NCBI GenBank assembly: GCA_965208835.1
Contig: OZ242358.1
Location: 4,928,001-4,992,000 of the forward strand
Source: Candidatus Latescibacterota bacterium
GTDB taxonomy: Bacteria; Latescibacterota; UBA2968; GCA-2709665
Length of the DNA: 64,000 nucleotides
Direction of reading: 5' to 3'
Positions 9,468 through 18,249 of this stretch are shown here, piece after piece. A program made the position numbers and the translations under genes. The notes below the pieces were generated by a model. The model was not told where the DNA came from and ran no database searches. It worked only from the letters and a program-made list of their open reading frames with translations. The stretch's first letter is position 1. Each line of letters begins with the position of its first letter.

Positions 9468-9623
9468 GGCGGGTAGACGTAAGACGTAAGAGGGGAGAGA
9501 TTTCCAGCCTTGTAAGGATTCTATTCGTGCCGGTGGCAGAAAGGAAAAACACACCGGGCAAGGATATCATCTACCGTCTAACGTCTTACCTCTACCCGCA
9601 TTTTTTCTACCGTCTCCCCACCG
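9468..9623 (+). repeat. Heptamer-arm element copy 4 (core type A)
   Basis: ggcggg-tagacg-taagacg...tgccGGTggca...ctaccgtctaacgtcttacctct; sits between the rplY stop and the pth RBS. Confidence 0.9.
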
Positions 9624-10307
9624 CTATTCCTCCTCTTCCTCCTCGTCCCTCTTGCCGCGTTCGATGACCTCGGGCTCCTGCATCTCTTCGTCTTCCTCGA
9701 GCACCTCTTCCTCTTCCTCTTCGACCTGGGCAATGGACGGCGGGACCACCACGAACACGGATCTGTCGCCGTCGGTGACGATCTCCACGTCGCCCGTGAC
9801 ACTCAGATCTGAAACGTGCACAGAGTCGCCTATATCCAGATTCGTAACGTCGAAGTTTATACTTTCAGGGATCTCGGCGGGCAGACACGACACCTCCAAC
9901 TGGTGCAGCAATTGCTCCAGTATACCGCCCTCCGTGCGGACGCCGGCCGGTATGCCTTCGGATTCGACACGGACTTCGACGACGATTTTCTGGGTGAGCG
10001 AGATCCGGTAGAAATCCGCGTGGAGGAGATGCCCGTCCACGGGATGGCGCTGAAGCTCCTTGACGATGGCGGTGTCCTCGGACTGCTCTTCTCCGTTGCC
10101 CACAACCAGGGACAGAAGCGAATTCCGACCATGCTCGTGAAGGACCGTTGACAACTCCTTCGCGTCGACCGAGCAGGCGACCGGCGCGCTCCTGTCGCCA
10201 TAGACGACCGCCGGAATCCTCCCGGTACGCCGCATGCGCCTCGCGTCGCCCTTACCGGTTCCGGTGCGTACCGCGGCCTGCAAACTTACACCGTCATTGC
10301 CAGCCAT
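9624..10307 (-). CDS. rplY: 50S ribosomal protein L25/Ctc
   Basis: R..TGKG.ARR.RR.G.IPAVVYG, Q.HP....LHADF, GG.L...L, LDIGDS.HV; acidic tail. Confidence 0.97.
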   Translation of the reverse strand: MAGNDGVSLQAAVRTGTGKGDARRMRRTGRIPAVVYGDRSAPVACSVDAKELSTVLHEHGRNSLLSLVVGNGEEQSEDTAIVKELQRHPVDGHLLHADFYRISLTQKIVVEVRVESEGIPAGVRTEGGILEQLLHQLEVSCLPAEIPESINFDVTNLDIGDSVHVSDLSVTGDVEIVTDGDRSVFVVVPPSIAQVEEEEEEVLEEDEEMQEPEVIERGKRDEEEEEE

Positions 10308-10351
10308 TTACAGAACCTCCCCAAAAGCTGTTCCATTTTATCATTAATATA

Positions 10352-10422
10352 CTGCCGGGCAGGGATTCGAACCCCGATAAACGGCTCCAAAGGCCGCTGT
10401 CTTACCCTTAGACGACCCGGCA
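10352..10422 (-). tRNA. tRNA-Gln (anticodon TTG), CCA not encoded
   Basis: tgccgggtcgtctaagggtaagacagcggcctTTGgagccgtttatcggggTTCGAATccctgcccggcag: acceptor stem, anticodon arm and T-loop present; canonical position after ispE. Confidence 0.95.
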
Positions 10423-10431
10423 TCACCAAAC

Positions 10432-10688
10432 GGTGAGACGTAAGACGTTAGAGGACCACACCCCACCACCTGGTGAGACGTGAGCCGGGAGAGGGTAGAG
10501 AACCAAACCCCGCCCGCCACATGGTGAGACGTGAGCCGGGAGACGGGAGAGATTACCTGCCTTGTGACGATTCTTATCGTGCCAAAGGCAAGGAGGAATA
10601 TCTCAGCTGGCAAGGATTTCTTCTACCGTCTTACGTCTACCCTCTACCCGCGTTTTTTCTACCGTCTCCCCTCTACCCTCTCCCCGCC
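10432..10688 (+). repeat. Heptamer-arm element copy 5 (two C-rich modules, core type A)
   Basis: Core attacctgccttgtgacg...tgccAAAggca...ggcaaggatttc; lies between ispE and tRNA-Gln. Confidence 0.9.
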
Positions 10689-10706
10689 TTTACGAATTGT
10701 ATCTAT

Positions 10707-11576
10707 TCATCGACGCGGCCGGTAGCGACACAGATAGACACGACGCCCACGGCCCCGCACACGAGGAACCGCGGCCGAAGCCTCCCGGGCCTCGCGAAAA
10801 ACCCCGAAGAGCGTGGAGCCGCTGCCCGAAACCGAACTGGCGACCGCGCCCGAGGCGGCCAGCGCTTCAAGGATCGGCGCCACGCCGCTGCCGGCGGCTT
10901 CCACGAGCGGAAGAAAATCGTTTTCCAGACAGGCAAACAATCGGCCCGCGCAGATCCGGCCGGATTTTTCCGCAAAGTCCAGAAATGTACCATACGCCCC
11001 TGATTCTGTCAAGCCAATTCTCACGTTTTGGTACGCCCGGGCCGTGGATACCGGGAACCCCGGATACACCAGCACATACCAGAATTCGTCCTCCCAATCC
11101 ACCGGCCGGATCCGCTCGCCGCGCCCCGTCGCGATCGCCGTGCCGCCGGTCAGGAAGAACGGGACGTCGGACCCGAGTTCCGCGGCGAGACCGGACAATC
11201 GTCCCGGACCCAGGCGCAATCCCCAGAGCCGGTCCAGCGCGCGCAGGGTTGCGGCCGCGTTGGAACTCCCGCCGCCGAGACCGGCGCCCGTTGGAATGCG
11301 TTTGTCCAGGTCCACGCGCACACCCCGGTTGGCGCCCGTTTCGCGGCGGAGGACCTCCACGGCGCGGGAGACGAGATTCTCCGGGCCCGCGGGGACGTCC
11401 GGATGATCGCACCGGACCAGCGTCTCGCCGGCGGCGGCGGGCGTGAACGTCAGGCGGTCGCACAGGTCCACCGTTTGAAGAACGGAGACGATATCGTGGT
11501 AGCCGTCCTTCCGGCGGCGAAGGACCTTCAGGCCCAGGTTCAGCTTTGCGGGCGCGATTTCGATTTCGGGATGCAA
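10707..11576 (-). CDS. ispE: 4-diphosphocytidyl-2-C-methyl-D-erythritol kinase
   Basis: APAKLNLGL..LRRR.DGYH, KRIP.GAGLGGGSSNAA, LGSDVPFF, SGSGS. Confidence 0.97.
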   Translation of the reverse strand: MHPEIEIAPAKLNLGLKVLRRRKDGYHDIVSVLQTVDLCDRLTFTPAAAGETLVRCDHPDVPAGPENLVSRAVEVLRRETGANRGVRVDLDKRIPTGAGLGGGSSNAAATLRALDRLWGLRLGPGRLSGLAAELGSDVPFFLTGGTAIATGRGERIRPVDWEDEFWYVLVYPGFPVSTARAYQNVRIGLTESGAYGTFLDFAEKSGRICAGRLFACLENDFLPLVEAAGSGVAPILEALAASGAVASSVSGSGSTLFGVFREAREASAAVPRVRGRGRRVYLCRYRPRR

Positions 11577-11621
11577 ATCAACATACCTCGCAAATCGGCG
11601 TCACACGGAGACACCAAGAAA

Positions 11622-11890
11622 ACCTGGTGAGACGTGAGCCGGGAGAGGTTAGAAAACCACACCCCGCCCCACCACCTGGCGAGACGCAAGACGGGAGACG
11701 GGAGAGATTTCCAGCCCTGTAAGGATTCTTCTCGTGCCGGAGGCAAGAAGGAAAAATAGGTGGGGCAAAGATATCTTCTATCGTCTACCCTCTTACCTCT
11801 ACCCGCCTTTCTTCTACCGTCTACCCTCTTACCTCTACCCTCTACCCGCATTTTTTCTACCGTCTCACCTCTACCGTCTACCCGTCTCTC
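11622..11890 (+). repeat. Heptamer-arm element copy 6 (C-rich module, core type A, long right arm)
   Basis: Left part is nearly identical to 8650-8740; core tgccGGAggca. Confidence 0.9.
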
Positions 11891-12004
11891 AACGACCTCT
11901 CTCCCCGGCCCTCTCTCCTAAAGGTAAGAGGGAGCAAGCCACGAAAACCGGCCTCACACGGAGACACGAAGGCACAAAGGGAAACCATTAAACAGCGACA
12001 AGGC

Positions 12005-12067
12005 GGGCACCCACAAGGGGTGCCCCTACAAACACAACGACGGCGTTCCGAGGGCAGGATGCCCTCG
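12005..12067 (-). repeat. Compound REP: GTAG-type palindrome plus second palindrome
   Basis: gggcaccc-acaa-ggggtgccc-ctac followed by cgagggcaggatgccctcg; same compound at 56389. Confidence 0.8.
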
Positions 12068-12182
12068 CTACCGGGGACCCCTCTCCCCAACCCGCAGAAA
12101 CGGGTAGACGACACCGCACGCCACGGTATTCCGCTCTCCTCAGCAATCCGCTTCCATTCGAATCTTGCGAGCGTCCCACTAC

Positions 12183-12242
12183 AGAAGTGACAGATGTCAA
12201 AGTTACCGCCGCTTCTTCCTTCTTCCTTCTTCCTTCTTCCTT
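12183..12242 (+). repeat. ~60-bp repeat with TTCTTCC heptamer tail
   Basis: Matches 6505-6564. Confidence 0.85.
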
Positions 12243-12436
12243 CAGGAAGGGGGTCAGGGAGTAGGTCGCGCCCATGATAACGCCCCGCGCGGTTCTGTCA
12301 AACGCCAAACCGCTGCGGCGGGCCAATGGGTCTGCCAATCTTGCAGGCGACGGCAGCCGGGAAAACCTCACGCATAGAAGCCGATCCACGCACGTTCCGA
12401 ATGCGGTGCGCGTGCCGGCGGGTTCAAAGTCAGGGG

Positions 12437-12465
12437 TTGACGTCCCACCGCAAATTCGATAAATT
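12437..12465 (+). promoter_or_regulatory. Putative sigma70 promoter for the TPR gene
   Basis: TTGACG-N17-TAAATT about 50 nt upstream of ATG 12515. Confidence 0.5.
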
Positions 12466-12514
12466 GAGATTGTCTGTCACGCGACACCCCAATCATCCAT
12501 AACCTCTATAAAAT

Positions 12515-15500
12515 ATGGATATTTCACGCATTTTCAATGCACCCGCGCCGTTGCCGCGTTTCCTTCGGGCCTCGGCCATCGGTCTCTGCGTTCTGTTTGC
12601 CTGGTCCGCGCCGGTTGCTGCACAGGGCGCCGAAGGAGAGCGCGAGAGTTTCGAACTCGCGCAACGGCTCTTCGACAACCGGGATTATGCCAATGCGGCG
12701 CAGGAGTTCCGGCGCTTCATCGCCGGATACCCCGCAAGCGCGCGGCTTCCGTCGGCACGCTATCAACTGGGAGAGGCCCATTTTCTTGGCGAACAGTACA
12801 GACAGGCCGTGGAAGCGTACGATGACTTTCTCGTGCGCTATCCCGGAGGCCTCGAAGCCGCCCCGGTGATGCGGCGGAAGGCCGTAGCGCTCGAACGGCT
12901 TTCCGAATACGCAATGGCGGGAGCGGCCTTCCGGGAAGCGCACGACCGTTTCCCTGCGGGGAAACACGCCGCCAGGAACCTCCTCGCATCGGGAATGAAC
13001 TTCCAAAAAGCGAACGATCCGGACGCCGCCGGGAAGGCGTTCGGCGCGCTGGCCGTGAATTTTCCGCAATCCGACCTCGCAGCGGAAGCCAACTTCAACT
13101 GGGGGCTCGTTCTTCTGGACGCCGGACGCCCCGAACAGGCGCTGAACCGGTTCAGGACGATAACGGCGCCGGGGGCCGATTCCAAGTGGGCCCCGGACGC
13201 CCTGCTGCAAACAGGCAAAATCGCGCTGGGCATGAAGGACGCAAAAGAGGCGGAGGCGGTCTTCGGCAGGCTGCGCAGGGCCTACCCGCACAGTTCCGCG
13301 GCTGGAGCGTCCTACCTGGCGCAGGCCGCCTGGTTCGAAAGCATGGGAAACTGGTCCAGGGCCGCCGAGATTTACGGGCTCGCAAGGAACAGCCTTCCAC
13401 AAAGCGAGGGCCGCCAGCAGGCGGTACTGGGCCTTGCCAACGCCTGGCGCGAACTTGGACGCGCGACCGAGGCGCTCGCGCTATTCACCGAGTTCATCAA
13501 CGTCCATGCCGCCGGCCCCCACCTGGACCGCGCCTGGCTGGGTCTGGGGCGCGCCCACGCCGATCTCGGTCAATACCGGGAGGCGCAGAACGCGTTCCGC
13601 CGTCTCCGTGAACTCTATCCGGAATCGGAAGCCGGCATTCAGGCGTACGCGGAGATGGGCGACGTCTGGCGCGCCGCGGGGGCCCCGCAGAGGGCATTGA
13701 GAGCCTACCGGGCCTACGCTGAGCGGATGGAAGCCCCCGGCGCCCGGGCATCGGCCCGGCTGAGGATCGGGCGCACGTACGAACAGGACCTGGGGTGGCA
13801 CGACCTCGCGCTGGCGACCTACCGCGACCTGGTGGCAACGGCCCAGGCCGCGGTCGCCGGCGAGGCGCAGTTCGGCATCGCCCGCATCCTGGATCGCACC
13901 GGACCGGCGGGCCCGGCCATTCGCGAGTACCATTCCTATCTGAAGAGATACCACAGGCGCGCCGCCGAAGCCCAGAACCGCATCCGGTACCTGCGGGAAT
14001 TCGGACGCGATTCCACCGGCATACCGCCGGCCGAACTCGCCGCGCTGCTTTCGAATCTCCCGGCAATCGCATCCGATCCGTACGCCCAGTTCGTTCTAGG
14101 CCGGTTCCTTCACGGCCGCAGGCAATATCCGGAGGCCGCCGAAAAACTCGCCGCGGCGCTATCGACGGATTCCCCGCAGGCGTTCGCGGCCGAAGCAACC
14201 TGGCTTCTTGGCGAGAGCGCCCTGAAAATGGCGCGGAAATCGGGGCTGCAGGGGCGGCCGGATACGGCATCCGTCTGGCTCGACAGGGGTTTCGCTGCGC
14301 TCCGGGAGGTTGAAGCGGGACATCCCGAAAGCGAGTACGCGGACGATGCCGCCCTTCTGCGCATCGAAACCGAATTCCGGGAGGCGGACCCGGATTCGGC
14401 GCTGGCGCGGCGCAAAGTGGCGGTATATGGCGAATTCAAAGAGGACTACCCCAGTTCCGACCGCCTCGACCGGGCGCTGCTGGCCATGGCCGACGCCATG
14501 CGAACACTGGGCGGGATCCAGCCCGCATGGATCGACACCGCCCTGACGACCTACCGTGGCATCCGGCAGGCATATCCTGAGAGCCCGGCCGCGGAACGGG
14601 CAGCCTACGGCATCGGCCTCTGCCAGGCGTTGAAGAAAGACCACGCGGCGGCCGAGGAGACGCTGCGCGATTTCCTCTTCGAGTTTCCGGAAAGCGATCT
14701 GGAGGGCCACGCCAGGTACCAGCTCGGCCGTATCCTCCTGGACCGGGGGTTCCCGCGCAGCGCGGCGGACGACCTGACCGAGCTTCTCGCAGGCCCCGCA
14801 CCGCCCGAACTGGCGCGGTCCGCGCGGGACCTGCTGGCCGAGAGTTATTTCAGAGCCGGTGACTACCGGCGCGCCATCGACGTCGGCGTTGAACTGCTGT
14901 TACTCGGGCCGGACGGGCCCGCTTTAGGGCGGCTCGCGCGGTCCTACGAGGCAAACGGACAGGCGGCGGAAGCCATCGAAACCTGCAAGGCCCTGCTGGA
15001 CGCTTTTCCGAACGCCGCTTACGCCGACAGCTTTGCATATGCCAGGGCCCGGCTTCTGGCGAAACTCGAGCGGAAATCCGAAGCCGTGTCGGCCTTCAAG
15101 GCGTTCCCGGAACATTATCCCGAGAGCCCGCTCAGGGCCGTAGCGGGCAAGACCCTCGCCTCCCTCCTGTTCGACACCGAAGACTACCAGGGCGCGCTCG
15201 CGGCCCTCGCGCAGGTACCGGCGGACGCGCGGGACGAGTCGGTTGCGGGGCGCGAAGTCCTCAGCCTGTACCGCCTCAAACGGGTGCAGGAGGCGAAGAA
15301 GGCATCGGGCGGATTCAAGAAGACCTACCCGAACAGCCGTGAATGGCTCGCCCGGTTCCAGAACGAAGAGGGCAGATATTATCTGAACGCCGGCAATTTC
15401 AAGAAGGCCCGCCAGATTTTCGAGGGTGTGGTCAGGAAACATCCAGGCGGGGAGGCCGCGGCCGAAGCCGCGTACTATCGCGTCAGGACGCTTAAAAGGG

Positions 15501-16207
15501 AAGGTCCGAAGGAAGCCTACCGCGAGGCGCTCGCCGCCTTTGTCAAGACCCGTTCAGGCAGCCGCCACTGGCCTGCCGCGGCCCTGGCGTTGGCCGATAT
15601 CCTTTATGATTCGGGCGATTACGAAAGGGCGTCCAGGGCCTACCGGAACGTGCTTGAGGCCGGCCTGACTCCCGAAGAAACGCCCAAGGTGCTGTCCAGG
15701 CTGATGAAGGTGTACAGACGCCTGAAACTGTTCGATACGGCGATCGCCTACGCCAACCGGCTCGTTCAGGAGTATCCCGGACACCCCCTTGCAACGGACG
15801 TCCGCATAGAAATCGGAATCATGCTGTCCGACAACAAGGAGTTCGGGCGGGCAATCGCCTGGCTGACCCCGTTGCTGAAAAACGCCGAGGAAGACGACTG
15901 GTCGACCATCCAGTACTGGCTCGCCGAGAGCCATTTCGGCCTGGGAGACTTCGAACGTGCGAAACGGGAATACCTCAAGCTCAAATACCAGTTTCAGGGT
16001 AGCACGCAATGGCTGGCGAGCGCACAGGACGGCCTCGCCAACTGTTACGAAGCCCAGGGGAACTATAATGAAGCGATCCGGGAACTGAAGGACATCCAGC
16101 GGCGGGAGGGCGCCGCCAGCGACTTCGGTCTGCAGGCCGGGAAACGCATCGAAATGCTGAAGGCGCTGCTTGACAGCAGCCAGGAATCCGACACGCCCGC
16201 GGAGTAA
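12515..16207 (+). CDS. Exported 1230-aa tetratricopeptide repeat protein (CpoB/BamD-like repeats)
   Basis: Signal peptide (..AWSAPVAA-QG). Many helical repeats ending in Y/FP.S (YPAS, FPQS, YPHS, YPES, YPSS, FPES). Confidence 0.9.
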   Translation: MDISRIFNAPAPLPRFLRASAIGLCVLFAWSAPVAAQGAEGERESFELAQRLFDNRDYANAAQEFRRFIAGYPASARLPSARYQLGEAHFLGEQYRQAVEAYDDFLVRYPGGLEAAPVMRRKAVALERLSEYAMAGAAFREAHDRFPAGKHAARNLLASGMNFQKANDPDAAGKAFGALAVNFPQSDLAAEANFNWGLVLLDAGRPEQALNRFRTITAPGADSKWAPDALLQTGKIALGMKDAKEAEAVFGRLRRAYPHSSAAGASYLAQAAWFESMGNWSRAAEIYGLARNSLPQSEGRQQAVLGLANAWRELGRATEALALFTEFINVHAAGPHLDRAWLGLGRAHADLGQYREAQNAFRRLRELYPESEAGIQAYAEMGDVWRAAGAPQRALRAYRAYAERMEAPGARASARLRIGRTYEQDLGWHDLALATYRDLVATAQAAVAGEAQFGIARILDRTGPAGPAIREYHSYLKRYHRRAAEAQNRIRYLREFGRDSTGIPPAELAALLSNLPAIASDPYAQFVLGRFLHGRRQYPEAAEKLAAALSTDSPQAFAAEATWLLGESALKMARKSGLQGRPDTASVWLDRGFAALREVEAGHPESEYADDAALLRIETEFREADPDSALARRKVAVYGEFKEDYPSSDRLDRALLAMADAMRTLGGIQPAWIDTALTTYRGIRQAYPESPAAERAAYGIGLCQALKKDHAAAEETLRDFLFEFPESDLEGHARYQLGRILLDRGFPRSAADDLTELLAGPAPPELARSARDLLAESYFRAGDYRRAIDVGVELLLLGPDGPALGRLARSYEANGQAAEAIETCKALLDAFPNAAYADSFAYARARLLAKLERKSEAVSAFKAFPEHYPESPLRAVAGKTLASLLFDTEDYQGALAALAQVPADARDESVAGREVLSLYRLKRVQEAKKASGGFKKTYPNSREWLARFQNEEGRYYLNAGNFKKARQIFEGVVRKHPGGEAAAEAAYYRVRTLKREGPKEAYREALAAFVKTRSGSRHWPAAALALADILYDSGDYERASRAYRNVLEAGLTPEETPKVLSRLMKVYRRLKLFDTAIAYANRLVQEYPGHPLATDVRIEIGIMLSDNKEFGRAIAWLTPLLKNAEEDDWSTIQYWLAESHFGLGDFERAKREYLKLKYQFQGSTQWLASAQDGLANCYEAQGNYNEAIRELKDIQRREGAASDFGLQAGKRIEMLKALLDSSQESDTPAE

Positions 16208-16462
16208 GGCCGGCATATTCGGAAAACGAATACGATCTACCCAATCAACCTCAACTTGAGAAAAGATCACCGTCAAATTGGCCACAAAAAGCACAGAAGG
16301 TACCGGTGCAAAACGGGGTATTGAGGTCGTCCGGAAGGACAATTTTTCGGTTCACGTAAAGTGACCTGGTTTATCCTGGTAATCCGCCTTCTAATCGCCT
16401 TTATTAACTAACACTTCTTCGAATTAACGTCCACGAAGACTTACGAATCATGGTTGAACGCC

Positions 16463-18010
16463 ATGGCCGACGCACACGGAAAAGACGCACTGATCGTAAC
16501 CGCCGATCCGGATATGGGCCAGTCCCTGCGCTCGGAACTGGAAGCACAGGGATGGAAGACCGTTCTGACCAATAGCGTGGGACCGGTGCCGAAGCTGCTC
16601 AGGCGCGGAGACGTCGGCCTGGTCCTCGTGGACGAGGCAAACCTCGCGCGCGCGGTATCGGACCCGGACTGCCCCCTGCCGGCGAGCTCAAGCGACGTTT
16701 CCCTCCTGGTTTTCCTGACGCCGGAAAAACGCCAGGACCGTACGCTGCTTCAGGGTCTGGAACCGCGGGCCATCCTGGACCTGCCGATGGACGTCGAGCA
16801 GGTCAGACAGGCGCTGCAGCTGGTCGCCGACCAATCCGTGTCGGCCGTGGACACGGACCTGCTGGGCAATTCAGAAGCCATCCGGCGAATCAGGGAAACC
16901 ATCCGTCAGATCGGTCCGGTGCCCGTCAGCGTACTGATCACCGGCGAGAGCGGTTCCGGCAAGAACATGGTGGTCCAGGCGCTGCACCGGTACAGCGCCC
17001 GGGGCAACGCGAGGCTCATTACCGTGAACTGCGGGGCCATTCCCGAGACCCTCCTGGAAAGCGAACTCTTCGGCCACGAAAAGGGCGCGTTCACGGACGC
17101 GCGGACCCGGAGGCAGGGCATCTTCGAGGCCGCGGACGGCGGCACCGTCTTTCTTGATGAAATCGGCGAGATGACCCTCGCGGCCCAGGTCCGCCTGCTG
17201 CGCGTGCTGGATACCCGGGAGATCACGCGCCTGGGAAGCACGGAGCCGATCACCGTGGACGTGCGGGTACTCGCCGCAACGAACCAGGACCTCGAGCAGG
17301 CCGTCAGCCAGGGGCGCTTCCGAAGCGACCTCTATCACCGCCTCAAGGTCGTCGAGCTTCGGGTGCCGCCGCTGCGGAGCCATCCGGAAGACATTCCCAT
17401 TCTGGTGGACCACTTCATTCAGATTTACCTGAAGGAACACGGCGTACCGCCCATCGAACTGGACGAGAGGGCGATGGACATCCTGCTCAACTACCGCTGG
17501 CCGGGCAATATCCGCGAACTCCGGAATCTGATCGAACGGCTGATGGTCCTTTCCGTCAACCGCAGAATCGGGCCGGCCGAAATCACGCAACACCTTGAAG
17601 GCATGGACCCTTCGCAGGTATCGGGACTTCCGGCTTCCAACCTCCCCGTCCAGGTGGGAAAGACGCCTGAGGAATCCCAACGCGACCTGCTGTACTGGGC
17701 CGTCCTCGAGGTCGCGAAAGACATCAAGGAACTCAAAGCCTACCTGATGGAGAACCCCGCCGGACTGCCCTCCCTGCCCGTCTATTCCCAGGGCGCCCCA
17801 CCTGTCGCGGACCGCGTCGCGGAAGTCGAATACACGGAAGCCGACGCCGCGCCGCCTCCCGGCGACGACGTCAAGTCCCTCCGTGAAGTGGAACGCGAGA
17901 CCATTGTCCGGGCGCTCAGGGCCACCGGCGGCCACCGCAAACGCGCGGCCGTTCTGCTGGACTTGCCCGAGCGCACGCTTTACAGGAAGATACAGCAGTA
18001 CGGGCTGTAG
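16463..18010 (+). CDS. Sigma54-dependent enhancer-binding protein (degenerate receiver + AAA+ + Fis HTH)
   Basis: GESGSGK, ESELFGHEKGAFTDA, FLDEIGE, FRSDLYHRL, WPGNIRELRN, C-terminal HTH RTLYRKI. Start chosen at ATG 16463. Confidence 0.95.
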   Translation: MADAHGKDALIVTADPDMGQSLRSELEAQGWKTVLTNSVGPVPKLLRRGDVGLVLVDEANLARAVSDPDCPLPASSSDVSLLVFLTPEKRQDRTLLQGLEPRAILDLPMDVEQVRQALQLVADQSVSAVDTDLLGNSEAIRRIRETIRQIGPVPVSVLITGESGSGKNMVVQALHRYSARGNARLITVNCGAIPETLLESELFGHEKGAFTDARTRRQGIFEAADGGTVFLDEIGEMTLAAQVRLLRVLDTREITRLGSTEPITVDVRVLAATNQDLEQAVSQGRFRSDLYHRLKVVELRVPPLRSHPEDIPILVDHFIQIYLKEHGVPPIELDERAMDILLNYRWPGNIRELRNLIERLMVLSVNRRIGPAEITQHLEGMDPSQVSGLPASNLPVQVGKTPEESQRDLLYWAVLEVAKDIKELKAYLMENPAGLPSLPVYSQGAPPVADRVAEVEYTEADAAPPPGDDVKSLREVERETIVRALRATGGHRKRAAVLLDLPERTLYRKIQQYGL

Positions 18011-18013
18011 AAA

Positions 18014-18147
18014 AGCGGGGAGACGTAAGCCGGGAGAGGGTAGAGATTTCCTGCCCTGTGAGGTTTCCTCTCGTGCCGAAGGCAAGAAGGAATAACATAC
18101 CGGCAAGGGTTTCTTCTCCCGTCTACCGTCTTACCTCTACCCGTTTT
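18014..18147 (+). repeat. Heptamer-arm element copy 7 (core type A)
   Basis: Begins right after the activator stop codon; core tgccGAAggca. Confidence 0.9.
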
Positions 18148-18149
18148 TC

Positions 18150-18178
18150 GGAACCTTTGCCCCGCCTTTCGGGTCTAA
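18150..18178 (+). promoter_or_regulatory. Putative ECF/sigmaE-type promoter for degP
   Basis: GGAACC-N17-GTCTAA upstream of degP, which is a classic sigmaE target. Confidence 0.5.
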
Positions 18179-18249
18179 CACCCGTAAACCAGGGTGTCAT
18201 CCTCGAATCTTCATGTAGACCATAACACAGTAGAAAGGGGCACTTCCCG

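Noticed and set aside
9454-9570. N-terminal extensions of pth, ogt (25315-25542) and GT4 (33209-33283), and short ORFs such as 4259-4516, 5428-5676, 8512-8775, 11540-11851, 57667-57885 and 62627-62881
   Set aside because: These are translations of the heptamer elements (recurring RLTS/LPS/YRLP peptides); better-supported starts lie downstream.
10352-10422. tRNA-Gln as an island attachment site
   Set aside because: I saw no duplicated tRNA 3' end, and rplY follows directly.
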